A DNA stretch of 64,000 nt from Nitrospirota bacterium (GTDB lineage: Bacteria > Nitrospirota > UBA9217), in the NCBI GenBank assembly GCA_963741205.1, contig CAVUHW010000020.1:128001-192000 (forward strand), given 5' to 3'. The notes beneath the pieces were generated by a model that saw only the letters and a list, made by a program, of their open reading frames with translations, had not been told where the DNA came from and did not search any database. Below, piece by piece: positions 1 to 11,144 of the stretch (within the stretch, counting starts at the first letter, position 1; each line of letters starts with the position of its first letter). The position numbers were made by a program, and so were the translations under genes.

Positions 1-299
1 TCCTTCATCTCATCAGGTTCGATGACCATGAGTTTTCTACCCTGTGCGGCGAGAGCGGCCTCGACGTATTCGATGCCGAACCTCATTAACCTGTCCCTAT
101 GCTCTACGATGACGGTGCTTACACCGGGATTTCTCAGTATGCGAAGCATGGCGCGGCGATGTCCGTTCAGGCCGGAACCTACCTCTTTGACCACCTCGAC
201 AACGCGCAGTTGCCGGCTTGCCGCATACTCGCTGAGCCTGGCTATCTGACGGTCCAAATCGGCCTTCTGATCGGCGCCAGACACCCGGGCATAGAGTGC
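1..299 (-). mobile_element. tnpA: IS607-family serine transposase (TnpA) fragment, 5'-truncated, runs off window edge
   Basis: Manual translation of the minus strand: ALYARVSGADQKADLDRQ...EVGSGLNGHR...VEHRDRLMRFG. These are IS607 resolvase-domain motifs. There is no start codon or N-terminal HTH; the frame begins about 8 nt after the upstream gene's stop. Confidence 0.85.
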
Positions 300-307
300 T
301 TTGAACG

Positions 308-1696
308 CTAACCCTCCCCCTTGTCCTCCAGCTGATAGTCCTTGATCTTCGTGAGGAGCGTCTTGTAGCTTACCTGGAGGACCTCGGCCGCCCGGGTCTT
401 GTTTCCGCCGGTCTGTTTGAGCGCCTGCCTGATGCGTCGCGATTCGGCGATGCGCGTGGCCGCCGCGGCAACGTCCTGAAGGGGGCCGTCCATGGGCACG
501 TGTTCGCATAGCGCGTCGATGATGCTCGACTCGCTGATGCCCAGGTCCTGGGCGCGGATGGCCCCGCCGTCCGCGTAGATCACGGCGCGCTCGATCACGT
601 TCTCCAGCTCGCGGACGTTGCCCTTCCAGGGTGATTTCATCAGGATTTCCATTGCTTCGTCGGAGATCGCAAGCGGGCCTTTCCGTACCTCGGCCGAATA
701 CTTGTTCAAAAAGTTCTGGGCCAGCGCCGGGATGTCCTCCCGCCGCTCCCTGAGCGGAGGGATCGTGATGGGAAACACATTCAGGCGGTAGAACAGGTCC
801 TCCCGGAACATCTTGACGCTGACCGCCTTCTCGATATCCTTGTTCGTGGCGGCCACGACCCGTACGTCAATCTTGATCGGCTTGCCGCCGCCTACGCGCT
901 CGATCACCTGCTCCTGCAGCACGCGCAGCATCTTTGCCTGCAGAGACATGTCCATATCGCCGATCTCGTCAAGGAAAACCGTGCCCTTGTCCGCAAGTTC
1001 GAGTTTGCCGAGTTTCCGCGCGTCCGCTCCCGTGAACGCGCCGCGCTCGTAGCCGAAGAGCTCGCTTTCCAAGAGTTCCCGGGGGATCGCCGCGGAATTT
1101 ATCGCGATAAACGGTGCGTCCTTGCGCTGAGAGAGGTAGTGGATGGCTCGGGCGAAAAGCTCCTTGCCCGTCCCGCTCTCGCCGTGGATCATTACGGTGG
1201 CGTTCGTCGGCGCGACCTTCTGGATCTTCGAGGTGATCTCCTGCATCTGTGAGCTCTTGCCGATGATCTTGGGCATGCCCAGTTTCTCGGCAAACTCTTC
1301 CCTGAGCAGGATGTTCTCGGCCGCGAGACGCGTCGCGTCGAGCGACCTCTTGATGAGCACCAGCAGATGGTCGGTGTCGAAAGGTTTGGTCAGAAAATCG
1401 TAGGCCCCGTCCTTCACGGCTTTTACCGCGGTCTCGATGGTGCCGAATGCGGTCATGACGATCACCGGCAGAAGGGGGTTATCCTGTTTCACCGCCCTGA
1501 GAACCTCGAAGCCGTCCTTCTTTGGCAGCTTCAGGTCCGTCAGCACCACTCCGATGCGCTCGTCCGCGAGTTTCTTGATGCCCTCGGCGCCGTCCCTGGC
1601 CGGAATCACCCGATAGCCCTCGCCTTCCAGGGTCTGCTTGAGCATGTCCAGCATGCTTTCTTTATCTTCGACGACTAAGATGGTATCCATTTTCAA
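308..1696 (-). CDS. Sigma-54-dependent response regulator (NtrC/PilR-like)
   Basis: Receiver domain, Walker A GESGTGKE, GAFTGA motif, C-terminal Fis-type HTH. Confidence 0.93.
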   Translation of the reverse strand: MKMDTILVVEDKESMLDMLKQTLEGEGYRVIPARDGAEGIKKLADERIGVVLTDLKLPKKDGFEVLRAVKQDNPLLPVIVMTAFGTIETAVKAVKDGAYDFLTKPFDTDHLLVLIKRSLDATRLAAENILLREEFAEKLGMPKIIGKSSQMQEITSKIQKVAPTNATVMIHGESGTGKELFARAIHYLSQRKDAPFIAINSAAIPRELLESELFGYERGAFTGADARKLGKLELADKGTVFLDEIGDMDMSLQAKMLRVLQEQVIERVGGGKPIKIDVRVVAATNKDIEKAVSVKMFREDLFYRLNVFPITIPPLRERREDIPALAQNFLNKYSAEVRKGPLAISDEAMEILMKSPWKGNVRELENVIERAVIYADGGAIRAQDLGISESSIIDALCEHVPMDGPLQDVAAAATRIAESRRIRQALKQTGGNKTRAAEVLQVSYKTLLTKIKDYQLEDKGEG

Positions 1697-1720
1697 ATAT
1701 CCCCATTATACCGTAAATAC

Positions 1721-2984
1721 TCATCCTCCCGGCACAATCACCGTAAACGTCGTCCCTTGTCCTACTTTACTCTCGACTTCTATCCTTCCCCCGTGGGAAG
1801 TAATGACTTTATGCGCCAGAGCCAGGCCCATGCCGACGCCTTTGTCCTTGGTCGTATAAAAAGGGAGAAATATCTTTTTAACAATATCCGGGGGAATGCC
1901 CGTCCCGGTATCCCTGATCACGACGAACAGGTCATGATTCCTTCTCCCGGCCTCCAGAAAAACGCTTCCTCCGTCGGGCATGGACTCGAGAGCGTTCTGG
2001 ATGAGGTTGGTAAATGCCTGTCTCATCAGCACTTCGTCGAGGGAGGCCTCGAAATCATCGATCTTTACCGTCGTCTCAATCGGCTTGTCCGACGTCGCCG
2101 CTTGCAGGGCGCTCGCCAGACAGCCTTCCAGCAGTTCTTTGACCTTCACCGCCCCGCGGTTCAGCGACGTAGGACGGGCAAAGGTCAGAAGGTCGCCGAT
2201 GATGCGGTTCATGCCGTTGATTTCGTCCGCAATTTTCCGCGCCACATCCTGGCCCGAAGAATCGGTCTTTTTGGCGAGCAGGCTGAGATATCCGGATATG
2301 ACCGCCATCGGGTTCCGCAGCTCATGGGCTATGCCGGCGGACATCTCGCCCAGAGCCGTGAGGCGTTCCCTGAGTTCCATCTGTTCCTGCAGCCGCTTCA
2401 CTTCCGTAAGGTCGGTAAACGAGAGGATGACGCCGATCGCCGCATCGTGCCGGTCGGTGAGAACGGCCGTGTTGTAGCCGAGCCACAGGCCGCCGCCGCT
2501 GCGCTCGAGCATTGCCTCCATGCGGGCCGACGGGATATGTCCTTCGAGCGTGTTGCGGACCGCACCGGCAGATCTCACCGTCGCCGAACAGGTCCTTACA
2601 GGTCTTGCCTACGACCTCGTCCTTGTTCATGCATAATGTTTCCTCGGCGGCGCGATTGATCGTCGTCAGCCTGAACCCCACGTCAAAGGTCATCACCCCG
2701 CTGGTGGCGCATTGAAGGATGTTCTCGTTGTAGCTCTCGACGTTTTCCGCCCGCTGTTCCGCGAGCGCCTTGAGCCGCTCGAGTTCTTTTTCCTTTTCTT
2801 TGAGCTCTTTGGTGACTTCGTGAAAGGCGTTGATGATGAATGATGCGTCCGTTGTTTTCTCACGCTCCTCTTTTGCCACGCCGAGTTCACGGCGGTAGCG
2901 CCGCGCGAAGCCCCAGAGCAGAAAGACCGCGATGACAACAGTCAGTAGCCCGGGCGCCAGTATGAGCAGGGTATGGCCGGTCAT
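1721..2984 (-). CDS. PAS-domain sensor histidine kinase (frameshift ~2570)
   Basis: N-terminal TM helix MTGHTLLILAPG (start 2984) plus PAS domain in one frame. H-box AHELRNP, N-box and DTGTG/GVGMGL boxes lie in ORF 1721..2578. Confidence 0.85.
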
Positions 2985-3809
2985 AAGCGGATCAGGCCAA
3001 GATACCACGAGATGATATCGGACCCGTAGAACGCGGTCATCAATGGTGCCGGCGGCGAGAAAAGGTCCAAAGGGGATCACCTTCTCCATTTTGTGGCGTT
3101 TCACGGTGATGAGCAGAATGCCGACGAGGGACCCGGAGAGTGCGCCGAGCATGATCGTGAGGAGGGCGCCCTTCCATCCGAGGAAACTGCCGACCATGCC
3201 CATCAACTTGACGTCGCCGCCGCCCATGGCTTCGACGTGACGGAGCTTCTCCCATATCCATCCGATCGAGAGGAGCGGGGCGCCGCCGAGGAAGAGCCCG
3301 ATACAGGAATTGAGAAACCCCGTAAGGTACGGCCCTGCATGGGGCAAGAGACTCCCGAGATGAAACGGCAGCGGGTCGGAGAGGGGATGCATAAAAAACG
3401 GAGCAAGGGTCAACCCGAGAAGCATCCCCGGAAGGGTTATGACATCGGGGATGATCTGATGATCCAGGTCGATAAACGTGATTACGATGAGCGACGAGCA
3501 AAACGCCATCATGAGGAACGCTTCCCCCCCGGTCTGGAATTCACGCACGATCCAGACATACAGGAGGCCGTTCATGAGCTCGACGAGCGGATAGCGCCAC
3601 GAAATCGGTTCGCCGCAGCTCCGGCATTTGCCCCGAAGCAGGAGAAAGCTGATGATCGGGATATTGTCGTAAAATCGAATGGGGGCCCTGCAGCCCGGGC
3701 AGTGAGAGGGCGGCTTGACTATGGAGCGGCCGCGTGGCAGGCGCGCGATGCAGACGTTCAAAAAACTTCCGATGACAAGACCGAACGCAAAAGCAGCGGC
3801 GGTGATCAT
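2981..3809 (-). CDS. pilD: Prepilin peptidase (frameshift ~3045)
   Basis: GSFLNVCI, SHCPGC, GKCRSC, MGGGDVKL and IPFGPFL motifs. The shifted frame gives LMTAFYGSDIISWYLGLIRL*. Confidence 0.92.
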
Positions 3810-4175
3810 GGGAGGGTGTCCTCCGTCTGCTTAGCCGCGGTCTTGAAATCGGCGCGGATGTTTTTCAATTCCGCCATCAGTCCCTCGAGCTCTTCCTCCC
3901 GGTCCGCGAGGTCGGTCAGAGCAAAGCCGATGACCTCATCCTTCAGCAGTTGTTCCGTGGCTTTCGGCAGCTGCATCCTGTTTTTTGAGGTCCATGACTT
4001 TCCGGCCGATCTGGCGATGCAGTTCGTCGATTCCGGCCTGCACCTCGTCGATCCTGATTCGCAGCCGGACAATGGCGAGTTCCGCCTTTGCCCATTCAGA
4101 AAAAATGGCGGCCGCGACAGCGAGCTTCCTGGTCCCCTTTTCCATGTTCAGGACGGCTTTTTCCCAGATGGTCAT
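3806..4175 (-). CDS. Small coiled-coil hypothetical protein (frameshift ~3975)
   Basis: ORFs 3936..4175 and 3806..4072 join into one helical protein whose stop overlaps the pilD start. Confidence 0.6.
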
Positions 4176-4199
4176 GAATAATCATCCTCATTCGTGAGC

Positions 4200-4265
4200 T
4201 GTCTTCCCCGCGGGAGCGGGAATCCCTTGAGGGAAAATGGATTCGGGGCTAAGCCCGGCATGACA
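4200..4265. repeat. GTCATTCCCG...GGAATCC/GGATTC...GGAATGAC-type palindromic repeat
   Basis: tgtcttccccgcgggagcgggaatcc ... ggattcgggg...ccggcatgaca; same family as other copies in the window. Confidence 0.6.
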
Positions 4266-4327
4266 TCAATCGGCGCAACTCTGCGGTTTCAAACTCGCCC
4301 CTACTCTATCAGAATACCTGAAAAATA

Positions 4328-6845
4328 TCAACCGACGCTGATCAGCCCCAGCCTGCCCTCCCACTTCCTGCGCAGCAGTTCTCGAAGCTGCGGATGAAGG
4401 GCGAGTTGGGGGTCCCGTTCCAGGAGCTCGAAGGCCTCCTCCCGGGCCTGTTCGAGCAGTTCCGCGTCGCGGATGATATTTGCCGCGCGAAGGTCCGGCA
4501 GGCCGGACTGGCGTGTGCCGAAAAACTCGCCGGGACCGCGCAGGCGCAGGTCCTCTTCGGCGATCTTGAACCCATCGGTGGTGCGGGCGAAGGCGGAGAG
4601 CCGTTCCCTGGCCTCCTCCGCGAACATCCGGGGTCCCATGAGGATGCAGTACGATTGATGGCTTCCCCTGCCCACCCGGCCGCGCAGCTGGTGGAGCTGG
4701 GCGAGCCCAAAACGCTCCGGATGCTCGATGACCATGACCGTTGCGTTCGGTACATCGACACCGACTTCGATCACCGTGGTTGAAACCAGAAGGTGCGTCG
4801 CGCCCGCTTTAAAGGCGGCCATGACCGCCTCTTTCTCGTCGGCCTTCATCCTGCCGTGTAAGAGCCCGATCTTCCAGTCCGGGAAGATGTCCCTTTGCAG
4901 ATGAGATGCCATTTCGGTCGCAGCCTTCAGATCGCTCTTCTCCGTCTCTTCCACGAGGGGATAGACCACGAAGACCTGGCGTCCCTTCTTGAGCTCGCTC
5001 TCGAGGAACTGGTACGCTTCCCCTCGCTTGCTCTCGAAAAAGAGCCGGGTGATAACCGGCGTGCGGCCCTTCGGCATTTCGTCGATCACCGAGACATCGA
5101 GGTCGCCGTAAACCGTAAGGGCAAGGGTGCGGGGAATGGGCGTCGCGGTCATTACCAGCACATCGGGTTCATAGCCTTTGGAGGTAAGGGTGGAGCGCTG
5201 CATGACGCCGAAGCGATGCTGTTCGTCGATCACGGCGAGGCCGAGCCGTTTGAATTTCACCTGTTCTTCGATGAGCGCATGGGTGCCGACCACGAGCAGA
5301 AGCGTCGCCGGACGCGATCTCGGCGACCACGGCCTCCTTGTCCTTTTTTTTGCGGCCGCCGGTGAGAGACCGCACGGCGACGCCCAGCGGCTGGGCCATG
5401 CTGCCCATGTTTTTATAATGCTGCTCGGCGAGGATCTCCGTCGGCGCCATAACGCAGACCTGATAACCGTTTTCGACGGCCAGGAGTGCAGCGAAGAGGG
5501 CGACGACGGTCTTGCCGCTTCCCACGTCCCCCTGGACCAGCCGGTTCATCGGCCTCTCCCTGGTCATGTCTCGCTTGATTTCGGCAATTACGCGTTCCTG
5601 TGCGGCGGTCAATTGGTAGGGCAGGTTTTTTCTCAACTCCGAATCGAGCCTGTTCATCGGCTTGAACCGTATCCCCTTCTTTTCCGTTGACAGTCCCCTC
5701 TTTCTGAGCGCGAGCCCCAGTTCCAGCACGAAGAGCTCTTCAAAGCTTAAGCGCCGGTGCGCAGCGCTCGTTCCGCGGTTCAATATTGCAAGGTCTTTTT
5801 CCTTCGTAGGGAAATGGGCTTCGAAAAAAGCTTCCGGAAGGGGCATGAGGGAATATTTTTTCACGATAGGGCCGGGCAGCATATCCTGCGCAGCGGCCCC
5901 GAACGTATCGAGGACGGTCTTGATCATGCTGCGAAGGTAACGCACGGAAAGTCCCGCCGTGGTTCGGTAAATCGGGACGGTCCTTCCGGTGTGGATCAGG
6001 TTGTCCGCCTCGTTGTCCTCCATGATCTCGTAGTCGGGGTTGTCGATCTGCGGCAATCCCCCCTTGTAGGGATTGGCCTTTACGATCCCCGATAGGATGA
6101 CCTTCTGGCCGGGCTTGAACATCTTCTTCATGAAGGGCTGGTTGAACCAGGAGCCCACCAGCATGCCGCTCCTGTCCGTGATGAGAAGCTCGAAGATTTT
6201 CACCCGCTGCCGTTTCGTCTGGACGACCTCGGCGGACACGACCTCTCCGGAGACCGTCTCGTAGGAGCCGTAAGCAAGTCTGCCGATCTTCTTCAGGTTT
6301 CCCCGGTCTTCGTAGCGCCAGGGAAGATAGGTGAGCGCATCTTCAACGGTGGAGATGCCGAGCTTCCCGAACAGTTCCGCGCGCTTCGGTCCGACGCCCT
6401 TGCAGTATTGGATGGGAGTATCGAGGTGAAGAAAGCCCCTGTCACTCTCCCCTTGCTCCCCTCCTATCGAGGGACGGGAAACGTCTTGCACCCTCTCCCC
6501 TTGGGGGAGAGGGCTGGGGTGAGGGGGATTTCCCGGCGATGAAGTCAATTCGCTGTGGTCGGCCGAAGGGATTAGAGCATATTCCAGCGCGTCAATCACT
6601 GCCGACGCCTTGAGGATGCGGTCTTTTTTCTTTTCCGGTGTGAGGCTGTCGAACCCGGAGAACAGCTCCTCAATTTCCGAAACCTCGGGACGCTCTTTCG
6701 CGACGCGCTTGAGTTCCTCCGCCTGCACCTGCATGAACGGTTCAAGGGCAGCAAGGCTCTTCAGGTGCGCAAAGTTGTCCCGGCTTGCAAAAGCCAGCGG
6801 TTTTTTCATCCTGTCGAGGATGATTTTGAGCTCGTCCATTGACAT
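4328..6845 (-). CDS. recG: ATP-dependent DNA helicase RecG (frameshift ~5300)
   Basis: [36 protein letters not shown] and QLRGRVGRG motifs; wedge/OB domain. Confidence 0.95.
6442..6530. repeat. Palindromic repeat inserted in frame in recG ([11 protein letters not shown] type)
   Basis: Hairpin CCCTCTCCCC-ttg-GGGGAGAGGG at 6491-6513. Related intergenic copies at ~6903-6945 and 57135-57186. Confidence 0.7.
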
Positions 6846-6966
6846 CGCCACGGACAATATTAGATTATTTTGAGGGATTTGTCGAGGGAAAGAAGGTCGT
6901 ATCTCCCGCTCACCTTCTCCCCTCGGGAAGAAGATAGAGAGCCCGTCACCGAATACTTTTATCGTA

Positions 6967-7810
6967 TTGGAAGCACTTTGGCAGTCATACAAGTCATGGT
7001 TCGCTCTCCGTAAGAAAGGCGACCTGAACGCCAAACCGCCAGGGTTCAGACGAAAAACGGATCTATCGGCGGTCACCTTCAAGCAAAACGCCGTTAAATG
7101 GAACCCGCGGACTAAAACAGCACGTTTCAGCATCCCGAAGGACGTTTACGACAAGCAGTTTCTGTATCTCAAAATCCTGCTGCCTGAAGGCATCCGGCTC
7201 ACCGAAGATAACATCCAGATTGCCCGTCTAATCCATCACAATGGTAGTTGGACGGTCCATTTCGTATACAATATCACGCTCCCCGCACTGAAAGGAGCCG
7301 GGGAGACAATGGCCATTGACCTTGGCATGAAGCATCTTGCCGCGTCAGCCTGCACAGACAAGACCACAGCGCTTTGGTCAGGCGGCGTAATGGCGTCTCT
7401 TGAGAGGCATTTTGACAAACAGAAGTCAAAGACCGCCAGAGTAGGTCAAGAAAGACGGGCTCTGAACAGAAAGCGCTCCGTCAGCGCACACCTGCCACAG
7501 ACAAACCGTCGCGAGCAGACGCTCGCGGGTCCACGACACGTGGGGGACAAGGAATAGAGAGGAAAAACGGGGAGAAGCGGGAAAGAAGCACAAAGGCGTT
7601 GAAGAGAACAAGATGTCACGAAAGGAGAGGGGGGGAAGAGAGGAGGCAAGAGAGAGAGGCGAGAGGGCGAGCACAGGCGGACCGAGGGCCGTTGCAAGCA
7701 GTGCGGATCCGTGATCAAGCGGTGCGGCGCGACGACTCAAAGGTCCCGGGCGGCCGGGGGGCGCGGCCGCCGCGCGTGGGGGGGGTGATGGAGGGAGCGT
7801 AGGATTGACA
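6967..7810 (+). pseudogene. tnpB: IS200/IS605-family TnpB remnant; 3' half garbled
   Basis: KPPGFRRK and RuvC-I AIDLG motifs. A zinc-ribbon remnant CKQCGSVI lies at 7693-7716 inside the purine-rich degraded stretch. The N-terminus is missing. Confidence 0.75.
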
Positions 7811-7815
7811 GGTAG

Positions 7816-9069
7816 CTACTTGTTTTTCACCGCTGGTCCTGAACCAGTCGTAGCGGCAAGATAGTTTGCGGTAAAAATGTAATCGTCCAGATAGTCCCGT
7901 TTCCCATCCTTATTCAGGTCGAATTTCGGGGCCGTGGCAGTGCCGCGCTCCTTGAGGAAGAGGATAAAATCAGCTTCAGTCACGGTCCCTGACTTACCGA
8001 GGTCGATATCCACCTTCGGCGCGACCGTGAGCGGATATACGATAACGATATCGGCCTGCGGTATCGTGATGCTGGCGGCATACGCGCCTTTCTCCGGCAT
8101 GAGTTCTGCGACCCAGGTGTTGGTATAATCAGGATCGCTCTTCAGGTTGAGGAGCCGCGCGCCCATGATGGCCATATCGGACGAAGACTTGCTCCCGGGC
8201 GTGGTTATGAATATCGCCTTGACGGGGTTTGTGCCTGTTGAAAGAACAACCGGAGGCTCCTGCCGGATGCCGATCACGCCATCCTGATCAAAGAGCGAAA
8301 TAAGGGCCTTGACGGTCTTCTCTCCCTTATACTCGCGGAAACGTTCGAGGACGCTCTTGGGGGCGTAGACCTTCTTCTGCCGCGTCATGGCGCCTTGCTC
8401 CGAAGTGCCCTCGAACTTCTTCGCCACATCAGTCGGTTCTTTTCGCTGTTCGCGATCTCCTTCTGGTGATGCGGTCTGCTGTGGATTTTCAGAACCCACA
8501 GAAGTGTTCGGTGTCGCGGCGCCTTCAACCGCTCCTCCGGGTGGTGGGATTATGAGCGGGACCACGACGGGGGAGGTCGGCGATTGAGGGGCGCCTGCCT
8601 GAGCGCCCGAGCTCTGGAGGGCGCCGGAAGTATCCCCTGCCGTTTCAGGCGGATTCGTGACCTGGCCCGTAGCGGGTAGCGGTTTCCCGTCAACGTTTGA
8701 AACGCGGACATTTAGAGAATTGATCTTTCCCGCGCCGCTCCCTCTCCGGTCAAAGGATATGGTGGCAATGACGCCGGACCCCTGAATCGGCGTGATGCGG
8801 ATGATGGCCGCGCGCACAATTCCCGGCGTATTGGGGTTTACGGCCACCATCGCGCCGGAAACAAGGCTTCCCAGCACGACTCGGGGATTGGCAAGCGATG
8901 ATGTGTCATAGGCTATGGTGACGTCGATGGCACCCGCGCCTTCCAAATCGATGCCCTGAAGCAGAAACACGCCGTTTCCCGAAGGAGACAGCGCGAAGGT
9001 GGAGGCGAACGCCGGGAATGTGCAGGTCACCAGCAGAAAAAAGGAAACAATAATTATTCTCGTTTTCAT
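7816..9069 (-). CDS. Secreted cohesin-domain-like protein with dockerin/EF-hand-like C-terminus
   Basis: Signal peptide; cohesin-like beta domain (IDVTIAYDTSSL); P/S/T linker; DLGKSGTVTEADF and DLNKDGKRDYLDD Ca-loop-like repeats. Confidence 0.65.
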   Translation of the reverse strand: MKTRIIIVSFFLLVTCTFPAFASTFALSPSGNGVFLLQGIDLEGAGAIDVTIAYDTSSLANPRVVLGSLVSGAMVAVNPNTPGIVRAAIIRITPIQGSGVIATISFDRRGSGAGKINSLNVRVSNVDGKPLPATGQVTNPPETAGDTSGALQSSGAQAGAPQSPTSPVVVPLIIPPPGGAVEGAATPNTSVGSENPQQTASPEGDREQRKEPTDVAKKFEGTSEQGAMTRQKKVYAPKSVLERFREYKGEKTVKALISLFDQDGVIGIRQEPPVVLSTGTNPVKAIFITTPGSKSSSDMAIMGARLLNLKSDPDYTNTWVAELMPEKGAYAASITIPQADIVIVYPLTVAPKVDIDLGKSGTVTEADFILFLKERGTATAPKFDLNKDGKRDYLDDYIFTANYLAATTGSGPAVKNK

Positions 9070-9224
9070 AATCCCTCTTACGGCGATTGATCCGAAGACT
9101 CGACGGGAACATGCCGATTTTTTAAAGTATAATCAGCGGGTCATAAAGAAAATTTACCTCAAAGAAGCCCGGAAAGCAAGGGAAGCTTGCCTCGTGGCAC
9201 ATAATCATGTCCCCCATCTTATTT

Positions 9225-10454
9225 TTACTCGTACCGCAGAGCATCGATGGGATTTAAGAGCGACGCCTTGTAGGCGGGATAGAAGCCGAAGAAGATGCCG
9301 ATGAAACCCGAAAAGCCGAATGCCAGGAGGACAGAAAGGAACGACACGACGGTGGGCCAGCCCGACATGGAGGAAAGAATCATGGCGGTGGACACGCCGA
9401 CAATGATGCCGATGACGCCCCCGATCAGAGACAGGGTAAGCGCCTCGATGATGAACTGGAGCCGGATGTCCCAGGTCTTTGCGCCTATGGCCATGCGGAT
9501 TCCGATCTCCCGGGTGCGCTCGGTCACGGATACGAGCATGATGTTCATGATCCCGATCCCGCCGACCAGAAGCGATACCGACGCGATGGCCCCGAGCAGG
9601 AGGGTCATGACCTTCGTGGACTGCTCCGCCGCCTGCATGATCTGGGTCAGGTTACGCACCGTAAAATCGTTGTCCTGTTTCTGGCCGATGTGGTGCCGCT
9701 GCCTGAGCAGCTCGTTGATCTGTCTCTCGGCTGCCGGCAAGGTCCTCGGCGCTCTTTGCCTTGACCATGATGATCCGGACCATGCCGGGAAACTGGGTCC
9801 CGAAGAGTTTCTTCTGCGCCGTGGTCACGGGGATGAGAATCGTATCGTCCTGGTCCTGGCCCTGTGCGGACTGCCCTTTTCTCGCGAGCACGCCGATCAC
9901 GGTAAAGGGAACGTTCTTGATCCTGATCGTCTGGCCGACGGGATTCTGATCGCCGAAAAGATTGTCCACCACGGTCTGGCCCAGAAGGGCCACTTTGGTT
10001 GCGCTCTTCACATCCTGCGTAGTAAAAGGCCGGCCGGAAGTCAGATCCCAGTCCCGAACGGCCATGACGCCCGGCGACGTACCGACGACGCCCGTTGACC
10101 AGTTCAGATGGCCGTACACGACCTGGGCCACGCCATTGTGGATCGGCGCTACGTCGGATACCGCGGGGCATTCCTTCTGGATCGCCTCCGCATCGCCCAT
10201 GGAGAGCGTGGGTTGCGTTCCCGCCCCCATTCTCGCGCCGCCGGAGGTCGTGGCCCCGGGCAGAATAATCAGGAGGTTGCTTCCCATGGTCGAGATCTGT
10301 TCGGCGATCTTTTGGCTGGCCCCGGTGCCCACGGCGACCATGGCGATCACGGCGCCGACGCCGATGATGATGCCGAGCATGGTAAGGGCCGAACGCATCT
10401 TGTTCACCCGCAGGGCGCGAAAGGAATCTTGAAAGTTGAAGGGATGTTGATCAT
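9225..10454 (-). CDS. MacB-type ABC permease (frameshifts)
   Basis: RSALTMLGIIIGV and GGIGIMNIMLVSVTERTREIGIR motifs; split across ORFs 9652..10407 and 9225..9740. Confidence 0.9.
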
Positions 10455-11143
10455 TTTTTCACCGCTTCGTCGCTCACGATATGTCCGTCCAGGAACCGTA
10501 TGATCCGCTTGCTGAACGCCGCGATATCGGGCTCATGCGTCACCAGAATAACCGTGATATGGGATTCCCGGTTCAGCCTCACAAAAAGCTCCATGATCTC
10601 GACGCTCGTCTTGGTATCGAGATTGCCCGTGGGCTCGTCGGCAAGGATGATCGGCGCATCGTTCACGAGCGCCCGCGCGATCGCGACCCGCTGCTGCTGC
10701 CCGCCGGAGAGCTGGTTCGGGTGGTGGCCTTCCCTGCCCTCGAGCCCCACGCTCTTGAGGGCCGCCCGGGCGCGATCGCGCCGTTCCCGCGCGCGAAAGC
10801 CCGTTGTAGAGCATGGGAAGCTCCACGTTTTCGAGGGCCGATGTCCGGGACAGGAGATTGAATCCCTGGAACACGAAGCCGAGCTTTTTGTTCCTGATCT
10901 CGGCAAGCTCGTCCCGGGAAAGCGCGTGCCCGTATCGACACCGTCGAGCAGATAGTTGCCCTCGGTCGGCGTATCGAGGCACCCGAGCACGTTCATGAAC
11001 GTCGATTTACCCGACCCCGACTGCCCCATGATGGCCACGAACTCCCCTTTCTCGATGGTCGTCGAAATCCCGTCAAGGGCCCGGACCTCGATGTCGCCGA
11101 GCTGATACACCTTACTGAGCTTCCGTGCTTCGATGAGCGCCAT
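10451..11143 (-). CDS. ABC transporter ATP-binding protein (LolD/MacB-like; compensating frameshifts)
   Basis: [17 protein letters not shown] and [11 protein letters not shown] motifs. Confidence 0.9.
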   Translation of the reverse strand: MALIEARKLSKVYQLGDIEVRALDGISTTIEKGEFVAIMGQSGSGKSTFMNVLGCLDTPTEGNYLLDGVDTGTRFPGTSLPRSGTKSSASCSRDSISCPGHRPSKTWSFPCSTTGFRARERRDRARAALKSVGLEGREGHHPNQLSGGQQQRVAIARALVNDAPIILADEPTGNLDTKTSVEIMELFVRLNRESHITVILVTHEPDIAAFSKRIIRFLDGHIVSDEAVKK

Positions 11144-11144
11144 G

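Noticed and set aside
2322-3809. PilD-histidine kinase fusion (495-aa ORF)
   Set aside because: A frameshift near 3045 bypasses the true pilD stop at 2981-83, which overlaps the kinase ATG.
7500-7810. Purine/G-rich low-complexity tract as a functional element or G-quadruplex
   Set aside because: It contains TnpB remnants (CKQCGSVI) and looks like a garbled low-coverage consensus of the tnpB 3' half.
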